In this document: positions 35,902 to 45,340 of the stretch, piece by piece
Numbering within the stretch: the first letter of the stretch is position 1
How the letters are laid out: each line of letters begins with the position of its first letter
Sequence record: MN871444.1
Direction: 5' to 3' (one strand)
Length of the DNA stretch: 64,000 nt
Notes under the pieces: generated by a model
The model's input: only the letters and a program-made list of their open reading frames with translations
Told to the model about the DNA's origin: nothing
Databases searched by the model: none
Position numbers and translations under genes: made by a program

Positions 35902-36744
35902 CTATCGTTGGGTACCCATGAAATTACGAATGTGTTTGACATGTGCAGACTGGGATTGCATCATGGCAACTTTGTACCAGGTATTTTTCAGGTAATCTTT
36001 GTAATTTTGGTTAGCGTCACTATAACCTTCAATAACGCTTTTAAAGATACCAAAATCAAAACCACCGACGATTTCACCTTCGTTAAGTTTAACGATAAGG
36101 TGTTTATAGATAAACGCTTTAGTCGCATATTCGACCAGTTGCGCAAACTCGCCATACACCGCAGGTCGAAGGGTGGACAATTCGTCATCGTAAGACAACC
36201 AGCAGAATAGCCAACACCGGTCAGGGATACGTACCTGGTCTTCTACCAGCACGGTATTCACGTTTACCAGAGATACGCGCGCAGTCCCGACAATCGGCAT
36301 GTTTGCATAAGCGTTCCACAATGCAGCACCGGTCACCAACACCCCGGCATTACCGGACCCTTTCTGTTGCATTTGGTCAAACCACGGGTTATAGTTAGAA
36401 TACGCGATGGAATAACCATAGCCGTAGGATACCGATTCTGGAGAAATGATTTGGCGCCCTTGGAGGTATTCTGACGGGATGATGTACAAACTGCTACGCT
36501 CGTCAGGGATTTCTCGCGGAATGTTTGTAAGGTTGATTAAGGCCCTTTCAGAGTACTTTAAGTTAATGTCTCGCATCACCCTGGAGCGAATCACTTTAGT
36601 CTCAATGAAGTGATCGATGTCTGGGACGACGTGAGAAAACAATCGGACATTATCCAGGAAAGCACGCTCCAGGATTTCCTCGGGGATGTCTGAATTATGT
36701 AAGCTATTTAAGGCGTAGCTAATCGCCGACGAAGTGGCTGGCAT
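35902..36744 (-). CDS. Conserved phiKZ-like core protein, probably virion structural
   Basis: Divergent from phuZ, the usual position in this family; 280 aa. Confidence 0.6.
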   Translation of the reverse strand: MPATSSAISYALNSLHNSDIPEEILERAFLDNVRLFSHVVPDIDHFIETKVIRSRVMRDINLKYSERALINLTNIPREIPDERSSLYIIPSEYLQGRQIISPESVSYGYGYSIAYSNYNPWFDQMQQKGSGNAGVLVTGAALWNAYANMPIVGTARVSLVNVNTVLVEDQVRIPDRCWLFCWLSYDDELSTLRPAVYGEFAQLVEYATKAFIYKHLIVKLNEGEIVGGFDFGIFKSVIEGYSDANQNYKDYLKNTWYKVAMMQSQSAHVKHIRNFMGTQR

Positions 36745-36837
36745 AGAAGCCTCCTGGCGTTGGTAAAAAAATTACGTGATGGGATGACAGTATGTCGTTG
36801 CACCACATTTTAACTAGACTATTAGGGACCACTACAA

Positions 36838-37809
36838 ATGACTGAACGCACTCTTTCCTTGTATGGCGCCGGCGGCGCTGGTAGTAACCAGGTAAAACCG
36901 TTTATTGGTGTAAGCACCCTACCGGGTTACGCCAAAATGGCCTGTACTCTTATCGACACCAGTGATAGCAATATCACCGATGGCGTACCGGAAGAAAACG
37001 TATTTATCCTGGACGGCGTGGATGGCTCCGGTAAAGTTCGCGCCCAGAACTACGAAGTTATTCTCAACACCACGCGGCAGATTCTCCTGCAACATCCTTT
37101 TGGTGACGTTGCAGTTATCGTATTCTCCGCAAGCGGCGGCTCCGGCTCAGTATTCGCGCCAATCATCATGCAGGAAGCAATTGCTAAGGGCATTCCTATC
37201 ATCGGTATTGTTATTGGCACTCACGGTACCGCTAAAGAAGCAGAGAACACGGTTAATACGCTGAAATCCATGGACAACATGGCGCGTAAAAACGGCGTAC
37301 CTTTCGTAATCATTTACGAACGCAATCGCCGCGATTACGGTCGCAAAAAAGTAGATGAAGCAATCCGTGCGGCCATCCTGCAAATTTCATTGCTGGTTGG
37401 CACCATGAACAATAACTCCGGCCTGGATAGCGCCGATATTAAAAACTGGGTTTATTTCCAGTCGGTGACTGATGTTCCGGCACAGCTTGCCTTGCTGGAC
37501 ATTATCCTTAACGAAGACAGTGCCAAAGATATCAGCGATCCTATTTCGGTAGCCAGCATCTACGATGAAGGTCACGATGCTGAATTCCCGTTTGCCTCGG
37601 ATTACGGCTGCGAAGGCTTTAAAGCCAGCGGGATTGCCCCGGAACACAAAGAAGTTCATTTCGTGATTTCTATCAGCGACGTCCCTCAACTGTTCGGTAT
37701 GGAAAAAGAACAAGTTGACCGCTACCGTGAAGTTAAAAACTCCAGGGTGGTTCAATCATCGCTCACGGATAAGAACGATAAAACCACCGATGACGGCATG
37801 GTTCTTTAA
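36838..37809 (+). CDS. phuZ: Phage tubulin PhuZ
   Basis: GAGGAGSN, IDTSDSN, GSGKVR, SASGGSGS tubulin signature, C-terminal DDGMVL. Confidence 0.93.
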   Translation: MTERTLSLYGAGGAGSNQVKPFIGVSTLPGYAKMACTLIDTSDSNITDGVPEENVFILDGVDGSGKVRAQNYEVILNTTRQILLQHPFGDVAVIVFSASGGSGSVFAPIIMQEAIAKGIPIIGIVIGTHGTAKEAENTVNTLKSMDNMARKNGVPFVIIYERNRRDYGRKKVDEAIRAAILQISLLVGTMNNNSGLDSADIKNWVYFQSVTDVPAQLALLDIILNEDSAKDISDPISVASIYDEGHDAEFPFASDYGCEGFKASGIAPEHKEVHFVISISDVPQLFGMEKEQVDRYREVKNSRVVQSSLTDKNDKTTDDGMVL

Positions 37810-37827
37810 AACGCAATATAAACCACA

Positions 37828-37862
37828 GGGAGAGGCGTTTAGCCTCTCCCTTTTATGTTGTC
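37828..37862 (+). terminator. Terminator with TTTTATGTTGTC flank
   Basis: AGGGAGAGGC..GCCTCTCCCT stem. Confidence 0.7.
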
Positions 37863-37958
37863 TTACCAACCACTAATAATTAATCAGAAAGCGTTTTAGA
37901 GTAGTTAAAAAAGACATATCCGATTAATTGTAGGACGGATACAAAAACTCTTTACATT

Positions 37959-37966
37959 TATATTAC
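37959..37966 (+). promoter_or_regulatory. TATATTAC early promoter motif
   Basis: Exact match upstream of the small-gene array. Confidence 0.6.
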
Positions 37967-38003
37967 TACAATGATTACCAGTCATAAATTCCTGGAGTAC
38001 GTA

Positions 38004-38399
38004 ATGTACATAAATGATAACAGAAGTTATCGGGCAGTTTATTTGTTTGACGTTAGCGAATCATTGCGGGACTTGGATGATATCATCGCCACCAACTTTC
38101 AAATGCCTGATGACAGGATGCGCGGACAAATCATAATTTTGGGTATTGTCCAAGCAATGAAGCAATGGGGTTTGCCTGGTCTGAAAATAAATCCATCAAC
38201 CTATATTCAAGGAGAGGAATGGTTCCATTGGGAAGCCCTTGGCGAATCCATCATTGATTTACTAAACGACATGTCTCTTTATTTTCGAACTCGACATGGC
38301 CAGACACTGTATCGGTATTGTTCTTCCATCCCGACTTTAGAAATCGATGATATTATTCTGGATGAAGGAAACATCTTCTTCTGCTTTGAGGCAATATAA
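38004..38399 (+). CDS. Small acidic hypothetical protein (array member 1)
   Basis: GGAG RBS before ATG 38004. Confidence 0.6.
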   Translation: MYINDNRSYRAVYLFDVSESLRDLDDIIATNFQMPDDRMRGQIIILGIVQAMKQWGLPGLKINPSTYIQGEEWFHWEALGESIIDLLNDMSLYFRTRHGQTLYRYCSSIPTLEIDDIILDEGNIFFCFEAI

Positions 38400-38962
38400 T
38401 GGAAAACACCAACGTATTACTCGCAACAGGCGTGGTTGCCGATAACATCCGATATCAATCAGAGCTTTTATTCCAACCAGTAGGGCTGGCACCGCTGACT
38501 CAACAAGAAGCCATCGCTATCGTGCACCGGATGATGGGTGAACTCATCGAAGTTACGCAGGCGTGGAGTCGTCGTCAGATGATATCGTGGCCCACCATTT
38601 TAGAAGTTTGTCGACCTGAGTTATTACATACGCATTTGGAAATCCTCTGGCCAACCAACTGGACGCCAACAAATGAAGACGATGAGCCTCCATACTGCCC
38701 CCTGGCCGATGTATTTGTTTCGGAGATACTGGGAAGCGCAGTGAATGTGCTGGACCATCGTATCCTGCGAGCTATTGTGCGGGACACAAAAAGCTGGGAT
38801 GTATTTACATTAATTCCGATTGGCGATACTGGTGACCTCATCTTAAAAAATGAGGGGGATTACCGCATCATGGACTGGATGCAACGATATCAAAATATTG
38901 AAGACGAAAAAGCTCGTAGAGAGGCATTGGCCTGGAGTAAACGTAATGGGTATGGACTATGA
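38399..38962 (+). CDS. Hypothetical protein (array member 2)
   Basis: TAATG coupling. Confidence 0.6.
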   Translation: MENTNVLLATGVVADNIRYQSELLFQPVGLAPLTQQEAIAIVHRMMGELIEVTQAWSRRQMISWPTILEVCRPELLHTHLEILWPTNWTPTNEDDEPPYCPLADVFVSEILGSAVNVLDHRILRAIVRDTKSWDVFTLIPIGDTGDLILKNEGDYRIMDWMQRYQNIEDEKARREALAWSKRNGYGL

Positions 38963-39407
38963 AGAGTTTGGGGAGTTACTGGATAAACTAACTGGGCCTT
39001 CCGTTGACCCAGAGCCGGAGCCACCGAAACCAGCATCAGTTTGTTTGTCATTTGAAGACGTCATTGAATATGCCAATTTAGAGTTGGAGCGCATCAATGA
39101 CGTAGCGGCCATCGCATTTAATGCTCAATCAATGTTGTTGCCCATTCTAACCGAAGTATTTTATCCGGAAAAAACACGGATGGCTGGAAGAATGCGGACG
39201 ATTACTGAACTTGAGCATTATGGTCTTCCGACTCTAGTCGCTGAATCGTTTTATAATGACTGCCGCGATCGGGTTTTAAATAAAGTATTGATGTATTACC
39301 CGGATGGAGTACATCAAGTCAATACTGGATTTTCGTTCATGTCGCCTATGGATGTTTTATTTATGCCGGTAAGATTATCGGAGGTAAAGCATGGTCGTTG
39401 GGGATAA
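38952..39407 (+). CDS. Hypothetical protein (array member 3)
   Basis: In-frame ATG overlapping the end of the previous gene. Confidence 0.55.
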   Translation: MDYEEFGELLDKLTGPSVDPEPEPPKPASVCLSFEDVIEYANLELERINDVAAIAFNAQSMLLPILTEVFYPEKTRMAGRMRTITELEHYGLPTLVAESFYNDCRDRVLNKVLMYYPDGVHQVNTGFSFMSPMDVLFMPVRLSEVKHGRWG

Positions 39408-39873
39408 ACCGCATTGTTGGATCACGACAGTACAGCCCACGGACGGGCTGTTTGACTATCACTGTTTACTCGCACTTACGGGCTTCGCCATCGGTTCTAC
39501 GGAACTCATGGCTGAAGCCCTGCGTTATGCCCTGGCCATGGTGAATCCATTGGAAGATGAGCCGGTAGACGCAGAAGCGCTTTGGGAAAATATAGTCGAG
39601 TATATTCGTGAGCTTTCGCCTGAGGTACTGGAACAATACCTCTATCTGCGTCGTTGTAGCTGGTTTGATTTTGTACAATTAGAAGCAGATGCCATTACGC
39701 GGGCAGTGGTCGCCGTCGCACAGGAGTACAGCGAAATTATTAGGCCCATGATTGACTGTGGGGTGATTCCAAGAAGCATCACTGATATCATCGTTATTGC
39801 TGATACTGCGTACATTTATTATTACCCAGAGGTAACGTCTAGGGAAACTAACCATCGGATACTTACGCCATGA
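39391..39873 (+). CDS. Hypothetical protein (array member 4)
   Basis: GGAGG RBS. Confidence 0.6.
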   Translation: MVVGDKPHCWITTVQPTDGLFDYHCLLALTGFAIGSTELMAEALRYALAMVNPLEDEPVDAEALWENIVEYIRELSPEVLEQYLYLRRCSWFDFVQLEADAITRAVVAVAQEYSEIIRPMIDCGVIPRSITDIIVIADTAYIYYYPEVTSRETNHRILTP

Positions 39874-40238
39874 GGCCAAATACTGTTATCTTAAATCCCA
39901 TTTTTATCCCAGGCGTGGTGCCCCACCTGTTACGTGATTCCAGGATTTATGTTCAGGAGCTATTCAGTGTGGTGAATATGTCCGAACAACAACATCAGTG
40001 TTGGGACCAGTGGGAATCGGTAAACCAAGCCATCGATGAACAATATCCGGATTTAGATTACGACATAATCGGAGACATCACCAATGAAGTCATTAAAGGT
40101 GCAATAAATGAATTCGACCAGCTGAAATCCATAATGCGTGATTTGGAACAAAAAGAAGGCGGGTATTGTGATTTCGTTGTTATGGTGGTCGACCCCACCT
40201 GTATTGCGGTGGAGGTAACCATGTATGCGCCGTTTTAA
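39870..40238 (+). CDS. Hypothetical protein (array member 5)
   Basis: ATGA coupling. Confidence 0.6.
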   Translation: MRPNTVILNPIFIPGVVPHLLRDSRIYVQELFSVVNMSEQQHQCWDQWESVNQAIDEQYPDLDYDIIGDITNEVIKGAINEFDQLKSIMRDLEQKEGGYCDFVVMVVDPTCIAVEVTMYAPF

Positions 40239-40584
40239 TATTGTTTATCCGTCGACATTGGGGCTTTTGGACTATTACCCCAATATCGGTTCTAAAACGG
40301 CCTTCATTAATTTGATATTTTGGATTATTCAAGACCTCACATTAGAAACTCCCGAAGCCTTGGACAAACAAGACATCGTGGATATTCTAGAGTGGGATTA
40401 CCCTGATTTACCCCCACATCAAATTGAGGTGTTGGCCCAATGTATTCAACATACTGTTTTGCTTTTTTGGAATCGTTATCGTCCTTGGTTTGTTGAAATA
40501 GGAAGGATTCATCGTGATAGCATCGTCCGACTCAATGAAGTTAATCGCCACGCCACCATTTTCTCAGTCACCCCGATACACTAG
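40225..40584 (+). CDS. Hypothetical protein (array member 6)
   Basis: GGAGG RBS region; overlaps the previous gene. Confidence 0.6.
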   Translation: MRRFNIVYPSTLGLLDYYPNIGSKTAFINLIFWIIQDLTLETPEALDKQDIVDILEWDYPDLPPHQIEVLAQCIQHTVLLFWNRYRPWFVEIGRIHRDSIVRLNEVNRHATIFSVTPIH

Positions 40585-40942
40585 AGTAATTATCGATACT
40601 CCGGCAGAAATGGTGTTTGATTGTCCAAATGGGGTTGCTTTTGACAAATTCATCGATACGGTATTGGTGATCATTCAACTCGCCAAAAGTAAGTACGTGC
40701 TGGCGGCGCATCCAGAAAAAATTACAGCGCTTATTCTTAAGATATATCCTGAATTCGGTAATCATTATTGTGAAATGATCAGTAAAAGAGTATTGGCCGC
40801 AGCCACGGTGCACTACCACACCCTTAAACCAATACTGCCCACCGATATAAATCTGGACACGATATATCGCGTCGCAGCCATGGATAAACATGCTACGGTA
40901 TTGGTGCCAAGAGGAATTCAAAATGATTACTTACGTCTTTGA
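40514..40942 (+). CDS. Hypothetical protein (array member 7; start uncertain)
   Basis: ORF track. Confidence 0.5.
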   Translation: MIASSDSMKLIATPPFSQSPRYTRVIIDTPAEMVFDCPNGVAFDKFIDTVLVIIQLAKSKYVLAAHPEKITALILKIYPEFGNHYCEMISKRVLAAATVHYHTLKPILPTDINLDTIYRVAAMDKHATVLVPRGIQNDYLRL

Positions 40943-41369
40943 ACTATATCCGTTTGTCGAGGCTAATCCCGATGTCGCCATTGGGGTATACCCTTATCAT
41001 GTTTTTCTCCGGGATGTGATCTGGCTATGTCAAGAACCAGAGATGAAAGCATCTTCGGAGCTATACCAATCTATATTCGATGTAATGGAAATCGTCGATC
41101 CCACTGTTTCAGTGTCAAAAGTAGGGGATGTCCTAAGATGCATATGTCAGACAGCAGAGAAATTAAAACCATGGCTAAGCCCCACACTAAAAACATTCGG
41201 GAGCGAACCAATTCCGCTATCGCGACTCGAGGTGGTATCGGTATCGGTAACCGGGGGGGTAATACTACAACTGCGGAATACGGATGGATCATCTTATCCG
41301 TTGGAGAAAAGATGGCCATTCTGCGAGGAATCCTCAACCTCCCGGCCTTGTATTTCGACGATGCCTTAA
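40923..41369 (+). CDS. Hypothetical protein (array member 8)
   Basis: GAGGA RBS before ATG 40923. Confidence 0.6.
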   Translation: MITYVFELYPFVEANPDVAIGVYPYHVFLRDVIWLCQEPEMKASSELYQSIFDVMEIVDPTVSVSKVGDVLRCICQTAEKLKPWLSPTLKTFGSEPIPLSRLEVVSVSVTGGVILQLRNTDGSSYPLEKRWPFCEESSTSRPCISTMP

Positions 41370-41713
41370 CCTTAACCTGTACGGGTTGGGAAAATTACTA
41401 TGTGCAACACCGCCAGGAAACAAAACAGTTTCTCTTTTATGACGTGGAAGAATTATTGTCTGCCGCGATAGAAGAGTGCTTCGTAGACCAGGCGGAATAC
41501 GACACAAGTAGTGCTGCCTTTAATACAATAAGTCAGGTGCAATTCATCACGGATCATCTGTATGATGCAATGCAGTTACTCGATGATACACTTACCACTA
41601 ATCTTAGCGATCGCCTGGATGATCAACACCAGATTGGTCTTGTGCGAACGGTTGGCGAAGATTTAGCCATAAGGATAGACCGTGTTTGCTACTTTGACAA
41701 AAACAGAAAATAA
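41312..41713 (+). CDS. Hypothetical protein (array member 9)
   Basis: GGAG RBS before in-frame ATG 41312. Confidence 0.55.
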   Translation: MAILRGILNLPALYFDDALTLTCTGWENYYVQHRQETKQFLFYDVEELLSAAIEECFVDQAEYDTSSAAFNTISQVQFITDHLYDAMQLLDDTLTTNLSDRLDDQHQIGLVRTVGEDLAIRIDRVCYFDKNRK

Positions 41714-42032
41714 ATGGTTAATCATAGACCTCTGTGGACTTATCCAGGAGGTCGCGGATAGAGTACAACGTTTTAAGATAGACCCGGATAAGCTTATATC
41801 AATCGCTGTGTTTCACCTTAACTCACGAGAAAGCCCGATTGTGGTAGACCCCGTGTTTGAAGACATGGATGATGAAGTGCTCACCAACAATGATGCATGG
41901 GATTTGGTTGAGCGGCAAATAGCATTGTTAACCCAAGAACTAGAAGTTCGGGTATCATCCGATATTTCTAATATAATGCAATATGAGTACTTGGAAGATG
42001 GCCTAGCCTTAAAGTACTGCTGCGAGAATTGA
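41682..42032 (+). CDS. Hypothetical protein (array member 10)
   Basis: ORF track; acidic. Confidence 0.55.
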   Translation: MFATLTKTENKWLIIDLCGLIQEVADRVQRFKIDPDKLISIAVFHLNSRESPIVVDPVFEDMDDEVLTNNDAWDLVERQIALLTQELEVRVSSDISNIMQYEYLEDGLALKYCCEN

Positions 42033-42406
42033 TTATGACTACATATGTCGTCGATGAAACATCTTCTCGAGATGTTATTGAGAAAACAATGGCATTGTTG
42101 TTTGACCCCGACGAATGCCTAGCGTGGGAACATATTAACTTGGCAATAAAAACAGCCAATAATGTCATCCGTGCTTTTTTTACTGACCCCGGCGACATAT
42201 TGAGCGTAGTTAAAGGGGCTGTCGGCATCTACGATGAGAGTGATGATTGGTTGACTGAAGACCATCCTCAGTTTATCGAATTGATAGAGGCCTGCGATGA
42301 ACTAGTCATGGCGGTTGATGTACTGGTGGATGACCTACAACTACCTAGCCGTATCAGCAAAGTCAAAATTGGTGATAATGAAGGCATGGTACTCATTATT
42401 GTTTGA
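42029..42406 (+). CDS. Hypothetical protein (array member 11)
   Basis: Coupled to the previous stop; acidic. Confidence 0.6.
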   Translation: MIMTTYVVDETSSRDVIEKTMALLFDPDECLAWEHINLAIKTANNVIRAFFTDPGDILSVVKGAVGIYDESDDWLTEDHPQFIELIEACDELVMAVDVLVDDLQLPSRISKVKIGDNEGMVLIIV

Positions 42407-42436
42407 TGATATAACTCTTCTCTGGAGCTGACCCCC

Positions 42437-42865
42437 ATGCCACAAATTCTTAATAAAATGGACATTGGCGATACCGTCACCTTCGACGTTTATCCCGCTG
42501 CCATTCTAGGCACGCAGTTTAAAAACTGCACTATCTTAGCAATCCTCGACTACGATACCGTTAAGTTGATGAACATCGACCCTGACGCCATGCATGCGAA
42601 AGTGGTCGGGTATCTTCCAGCGGCACAAAAACAGGGTAGCTGGGCTAAAGCTACCGGTTACCCTTGGATTCGTATTCGTTTAGCGAATGGCACGGTAACT
42701 GCTATCGGGCAAACCTGGATTAATGCCGACACTATCGTAATCAACGAATCACTAACCATCACGCTGGTCTTAACAGACGCCAATCAAACGGATATTGATA
42801 AGCTCTCGGTTATGATGTCGGCTAACGGCTACGACGCCACCAAGTATTCGATTACCAGTAGTTAA
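42437..42865 (+). CDS. Conserved phiKZ-like protein with predicted SH3-like beta barrel
   Basis: GDTVTFDVYPAAILG..F.N.TILAILDY motif, located just before the DNA polymerase. Confidence 0.6.
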   Translation: MPQILNKMDIGDTVTFDVYPAAILGTQFKNCTILAILDYDTVKLMNIDPDAMHAKVVGYLPAAQKQGSWAKATGYPWIRIRLANGTVTAIGQTWINADTIVINESLTITLVLTDANQTDIDKLSVMMSANGYDATKYSITSS

Positions 42866-42952
42866 AAAAATACTGAGCTACCCTATTGTTTAGTAGGTCC
42901 CAGGAAAACAGTACTCATGCGTAGTGCACCATTTTTATCCCCTAAACTTATT

Positions 42953-42980
42953 TGCCTCTCCTTCGGGAGAGGCTTTTTTT
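42953..42980 (+). terminator. Intrinsic terminator GCCTCTCC-TTCG-GGAGAGGC-T8
   Basis: Classic stem-loop plus U-tract. Confidence 0.85.
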
Positions 42981-43049
42981 TCGCCTTTTTATTTTTTTAC
43001 TTCACACATACATCCTGTACTAGATAACGAATAAATAGGATTGTGAAAC

Positions 43050-45284
43050 ATGCGCTCGCCATTCCTTTATCCTGAAGACGCGGATTACAAACGCGATTTT
43101 GCTATTTTTGGCAGGTATATTAAAGACGCTGCCTTTTTACTGCACAAGCAAACGGGGTACGACTTAGAGTACTGTACGGATTGGGTACGTAAATCAATCA
43201 ACAAGGGTGGGAAGCACGAAGCAAAAAACCCCAAAGCGTTCATACTCAATTCCGAAAATAATGGTAATCGCAAACGCCAGGTGACGACGGTTACCGAATA
43301 CATTGCAAATATTGTTAAGAACAATAAAATTGTTGCGCCGTCAATGACGGTGTATTCGCACCCGAAACAGAAAAAATCATTACTTGCTGAATTTATTTTG
43401 CATAAACTGGACATGCGTAAGAAAGCCAAAAAGGAAATGTTCCTGGCTGAAAAACAAATGAACGAAGCAAATAGGCTTGTAAAAGAAGCAACCGCGAACA
43501 ATGATACCACGATGGCTTCGCAACAAGCGATTGTAGCGGCAACGATGTCCACAGAAAAAGCGTATTTCAACTGTTTACAGACATCAGCAAAAATTGCAGC
43601 AAACAGTTTATCTGGAACCTTTGGTTTTGCTGGGACCGTGTTGTTTAATAAGACTGCCCACTCGTCACTAACTTCCATTTGTCGGTGTGCGGCAAGTAAT
43701 GCCAATGCGAACAATGAACGGTTCCTATCGGGTAACCGGCATTACTGGTCTCTGGAAGTCACGTTAAATAACATCGTTAATATCCTGACGACGGTAGATT
43801 GTAATCGGGTTCGCGAAATCGTAGAGCGCTATGGTTTAGTTTATCCTACAGTCGAACAAGTGGTTGAAGCTATTAGGGGATGTACTGATTATTACTGGAG
43901 TAAAAGCAGTCCTGCGTTATTTCAAAAAGTGGTGAATCTCGTACAGACGCTGACCCCAGAAGAACGCGCAGGCTACCTCTATAATCAAGACGCTTACCAC
44001 GTGATGAAATGCAACGACGGTTTCTTTAGGACGTTGGTTGCTAAGATGATTACCATCCCTGATGAATTACCTGACGATCCTAAATATTGGATGGATCTCA
44101 TGGATGAAGATATTCTTATGTTTGCATCGCGGCTGTGTAGCCCATTTATGTCGGGTAAATCAGTAAAGGATTTAGAGAACGCTTATAATGAAGGAAAAAA
44201 TAAAGATTATCTGCGCTTCGTTGCCGTCGTCAAAAATGTATTGGTGAACTTGCAGGATTACGCCGATTTCATTCAAACCTTCTGGGCCACGTCGAACCCA
44301 CCTATGAGTTTGGCTATGATTCCGACCATGATGCGGCGATGTGCGGTATTGTCGGATACAGATTCTACTATTTTCACTACTCAGGATTGGACTACCTGGT
44401 ACCAAGGCAAATTGGATTTCACGTATGAATCAGAATCCGTTTCCGCCTTGATGGTTTATTTTACTAGCTGTATGACCACTCATTTATTGGCCATGCATTC
44501 ATCCCAGATGGGTGTGGACCGTGAGCAGCTGTATACGCTGGCCATGAAATCAGAATTTGCTAACCCGTTATTAGGTCTCACCACCCGAGGCAAACACTAT
44601 TACTCTTACGTCAGTGCCAAAGAAGGTAACGTCTATAGCGAATATGTTTTGGATATCAAAGGAGTGGGGTTACGTAACTCGAAACTACCACCTAACATCC
44701 GGGAATCTAGCGATGCACTTATTCGACATGTCATGGACACCATCATGAAAGGTGAAAAACTATCTGTTCATGAAATACTTACTAGAGTAGCCGATGAAGA
44801 ACGTGAAATTATTCGTTCCATACATGCCGGTGAACCTACATACCTGTCGGTAGCAAAGATTAATACCGCCGATGCGTATAAACAAAAAGAGATGAACCCG
44901 ACCTACCAGTTATACGGATTATGGGAACAGGTATTTGCACCCAAATATGGACATGCTCCATTACCGCCATTTGATTGCGTGGCCGTGAACATTGACGCCA
45001 GCAATAAAACGGATATGGCCGCTTGGTTGAATGGTTCCGGGGATGAACAATTTGCCCAACGATTTAGAAACTGGTTAGACGCAACGGGTAAAGATAAAAT
45101 AACGCGCATTTTACTGCCTACCGAAATACTGAGAGTACATGGGTTACCTAAAGAAATTATTAATGCGTTAGATTTACGCAAAGTACTAATGAATTTAATG
45201 GATGCACACTACCTGATTTTGGAATCATTGGGTATCTTTATTCGCAACCAGCGCATTTCCCACCTCGTCTCTGATACTTATTGA
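43050..45284 (+). CDS. Family-B DNA polymerase subunit (phiKZ gp50-like)
   Basis: KIAANSLSG (motif B), LSDTDS (motif C), GKHY and KGVGL; syntenic position. Confidence 0.85.
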   Translation: MRSPFLYPEDADYKRDFAIFGRYIKDAAFLLHKQTGYDLEYCTDWVRKSINKGGKHEAKNPKAFILNSENNGNRKRQVTTVTEYIANIVKNNKIVAPSMTVYSHPKQKKSLLAEFILHKLDMRKKAKKEMFLAEKQMNEANRLVKEATANNDTTMASQQAIVAATMSTEKAYFNCLQTSAKIAANSLSGTFGFAGTVLFNKTAHSSLTSICRCAASNANANNERFLSGNRHYWSLEVTLNNIVNILTTVDCNRVREIVERYGLVYPTVEQVVEAIRGCTDYYWSKSSPALFQKVVNLVQTLTPEERAGYLYNQDAYHVMKCNDGFFRTLVAKMITIPDELPDDPKYWMDLMDEDILMFASRLCSPFMSGKSVKDLENAYNEGKNKDYLRFVAVVKNVLVNLQDYADFIQTFWATSNPPMSLAMIPTMMRRCAVLSDTDSTIFTTQDWTTWYQGKLDFTYESESVSALMVYFTSCMTTHLLAMHSSQMGVDREQLYTLAMKSEFANPLLGLTTRGKHYYSYVSAKEGNVYSEYVLDIKGVGLRNSKLPPNIRESSDALIRHVMDTIMKGEKLSVHEILTRVADEEREIIRSIHAGEPTYLSVAKINTADAYKQKEMNPTYQLYGLWEQVFAPKYGHAPLPPFDCVAVNIDASNKTDMAAWLNGSGDEQFAQRFRNWLDATGKDKITRILLPTEILRVHGLPKEIINALDLRKVLMNLMDAHYLILESLGIFIRNQRISHLVSDTY

Positions 45285-45340
45285 CGGCATAGGAGGAGAG
45301 GCTTTTGACCTCTCCTCCTAGGGGGGCTTTTATGCCGCTG
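45283..45340. terminator. Bidirectional terminator with GACGGCATA / TTTTATGCCG flanks
   Basis: AGGAGGAGAGG..CCTCTCCTCCT stem between convergent genes. Confidence 0.75.

Noticed and set aside
43050-45284. Intein in the DNA polymerase
   Set aside because: Length is normal for the family and no intein splice-junction motifs were seen
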